A stretch of DNA of 64,000 nt. Source: Podarcis filfolensis. Its lineage: Eukaryota. Made by a program: the position numbers and the translations under genes. Below are positions 62,350-64,000 of this stretch, in pieces. The stretch is from assembly GCA_964270895.1 (NCBI GenBank), contig OZ185436.1. One strand, 5' to 3'. Below the pieces are notes generated by a model. The model had not been told where the DNA came from. It saw only the letters and a list, made by a program, of their open reading frames with translations, and did no database searches. The first letter of the stretch is position 1, and every line of letters begins with the position of its first letter.

Positions 62350-62528
62350 GAAGCATTGCCACCCGACCCCACCCCACTCACCATTCCCCCCTCTACCTCT
62401 TTCCCCCTTTCCTTCCTAATGTAACACTAACGTCTCACAACAAATGAAATTGATCTGTAGAAAACGCAACTGGAAAAAGAGACATTGCACATACTTTTGT
62501 AAACTAAGAAATGTGTTCTTTTAAAAAC
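62350..62528 (+). mobile_element. Possible LINE (L1-like) 3' end
   Basis: C-rich tract followed by taatgtaacactaacgtctcacaacaaatgaaattgatctg...ttgtaaactaag and an A-rich end. Recalled similarity only. Confidence 0.35.
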
Positions 62529-62532
62529 TATA

Positions 62533-62758
62533 CAGTGGTACCTCAGGTTAAGAACTTAATTCATTCTGGAGGTCCGTTCTTAACCTGAAACTGTTCTTAA
62601 CCTGAAGCACCACTTTAGCTAATGGGGCCTCCTGCTGTCACCGCGCTGCTGTTGCGCGATTTCTGTTCTCATCCTGAAGCAAAGCTCTTAACCCAAGGTA
62701 CTATTTCTGGGTTAGTGGAGTCTGTAACCTGAAGCGTCTATAACCCGAGGTACCACTG
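62533..62758 (+). mobile_element. Tigger-like MITE, copy 3
   Basis: TA-CAGTGGTACCTCAGGTTA ... TAACCCGAGGTACCACTG-TA. Confidence 0.92.
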
Positions 62759-62760
62759 TA

Positions 62761-62998
62761 CAGTGGAACCTCGTGTTACGTACTGTCCTTGCAAATGCTT
62801 CGGGTTACGAGCTCCGCTAAACCGGAAGTAGATGTCCCGGTTGTGAACTTTGCCCCGAGATGCAAGCAGAAGTTGTGTGCTGGCAGCGCAGCAGCAGCGG
62901 GAGGCGCCATTAGTGAAAGCGCACCTCGGGTTATGAACGGTTTTGACTTAAGAACAGACCTCCGGAATGAATTAAGTTTGTAACCGAAGGTACCACTG
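62761..62998 (-). mobile_element. Tigger-like MITE of a related subfamily, inverted, abutting copy 3
   Basis: TA-CAGTGGAACCTCG ... CGAAGGTACCACTG-TA. Its right end (agaacagacctccggaatgaattaag) is the reverse complement of the left end of copy 3. Confidence 0.88.
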
Positions 62999-63099
62999 TA
63001 AAGGCTCTGTGAACTCTGCCCTATACACATGATTAGTAGTATTACTACTACTAAAAGCCATTTCCATTCCTCTGTAACATCTGAATCAGGAGAGGCCAA

Positions 63100-63810
63100 G
63101 CAAACCCTGGACTAGTGCCTGGATTCAGTGGTTGAATGACAGCCAATGAACCAACCTCTAAAGATGGACTTGCTGTGGGTAGGTAGTTCCCGAGTCCAGA
63201 AAATTAATCCACTCCTTGCTTTGGATGGGGTCATGCTCTCACTGAAAGAGCAGGCTCATAATCTGGGAGCACTTCTGGATCTATATCTGTCACTAGAGGC
63301 CTTGGTGGCTGGAAGTACATTTTACCAGCTTGGGTTGGTAAGACAGCTCCAGCCATTTGTGTATCGGAATAGCCTGACCACTGTTGGCTATGCGCTCATA
63401 ACTCCAGATGGGATTACTGTAATGTGCTTATGTGGGGCTGCCCTTGGAGCTGCAACTAGTGTAAAAGGTGGCAGCTTGATCACTCAGTAGGGTGTAATAT
63501 CACAATCAGATTACACCACTGCTGAAAGAATTGCACTGGCTGCTAATTAGCTACCAGGCTAGGTTCAAGGTGCTGTACTGGACTAAAAAGCCTTATGCAG
63601 CATGAGAACAGGGTACCAAAAAGATAATCTCATCCCCTACATACCCAGCTGACCACTATATTCTGCAGGAGGCCATCCAGCTGATACAAACCTATCCAAA
63701 GGTCCGTTCCACACGATCTCAGAATTGCACCTTTAGCATGGCAGCACCTACCCTTTGAAACTCCCTCCCATTATATGGCAGAAGAAGCACCTTATTCATA
63801 TAACAATAAA
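63100..63810 (+). mobile_element. Degraded L2 LINE ORF2 C-terminal fragment
   Basis: LLWVGSSRVQ, LDGVMLSLKEQAHNLGALLD, FYQLGLVRQLQPF, then ELHWL-like sequence, with frameshifts. Confidence 0.88.
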
Positions 63811-64000
63811 CCATAGTTTCAAGAATGTACACCTGAATTTACTCAGTTCCCCCCAAGCCAACACTGAGTCTATTTTGTTTATTTTTACTACTGCTGCCAA
63901 AATAGGTGAAGTCTTTGGGAGCCAGAAAAACTGCTTGCACCCTGACTGCCGCTTTTATACCATCAAAAGTAGCACCACTTTGACAAGGCTTTAATGCTGT

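Overview
Vertebrate nuclear DNA, AT-rich and CpG-depleted, from a squamate reptile. The repeat landscape (BovB/RTE, L2, Rex1/Babar, tRNA-derived SINEs, TA-targeting and hAT MITEs) resembles lacertid lizards; this is inference from recalled consensus sequences. The whole window appears to lie inside COX10 (heme O synthase / protoheme IX farnesyltransferase) on the minus strand. Only one coding exon was found: 15380-15450, 71 nt, [23 protein letters not shown](S), equivalent to human exon 5. It is not in the supplied ORF track. No other COX10 exon was recognised, so the rest is intronic. Apart from a 5'-truncated but uninterrupted BovB ORF, the listed ORFs look like chance or repeat-derived frames. 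I found no clearly new biological system. The best leads are: a candidate MITE-derived poison microexon; inverted transposon pairs flanking the exon; transposition and repair junction signatures; a three-layer nested insertion; four perfect 13-bp tandem duplications; and several CpG-retaining, motif-dense candidate enhancers. Repeat family names are by eye and need a Dfam/Repbase check.
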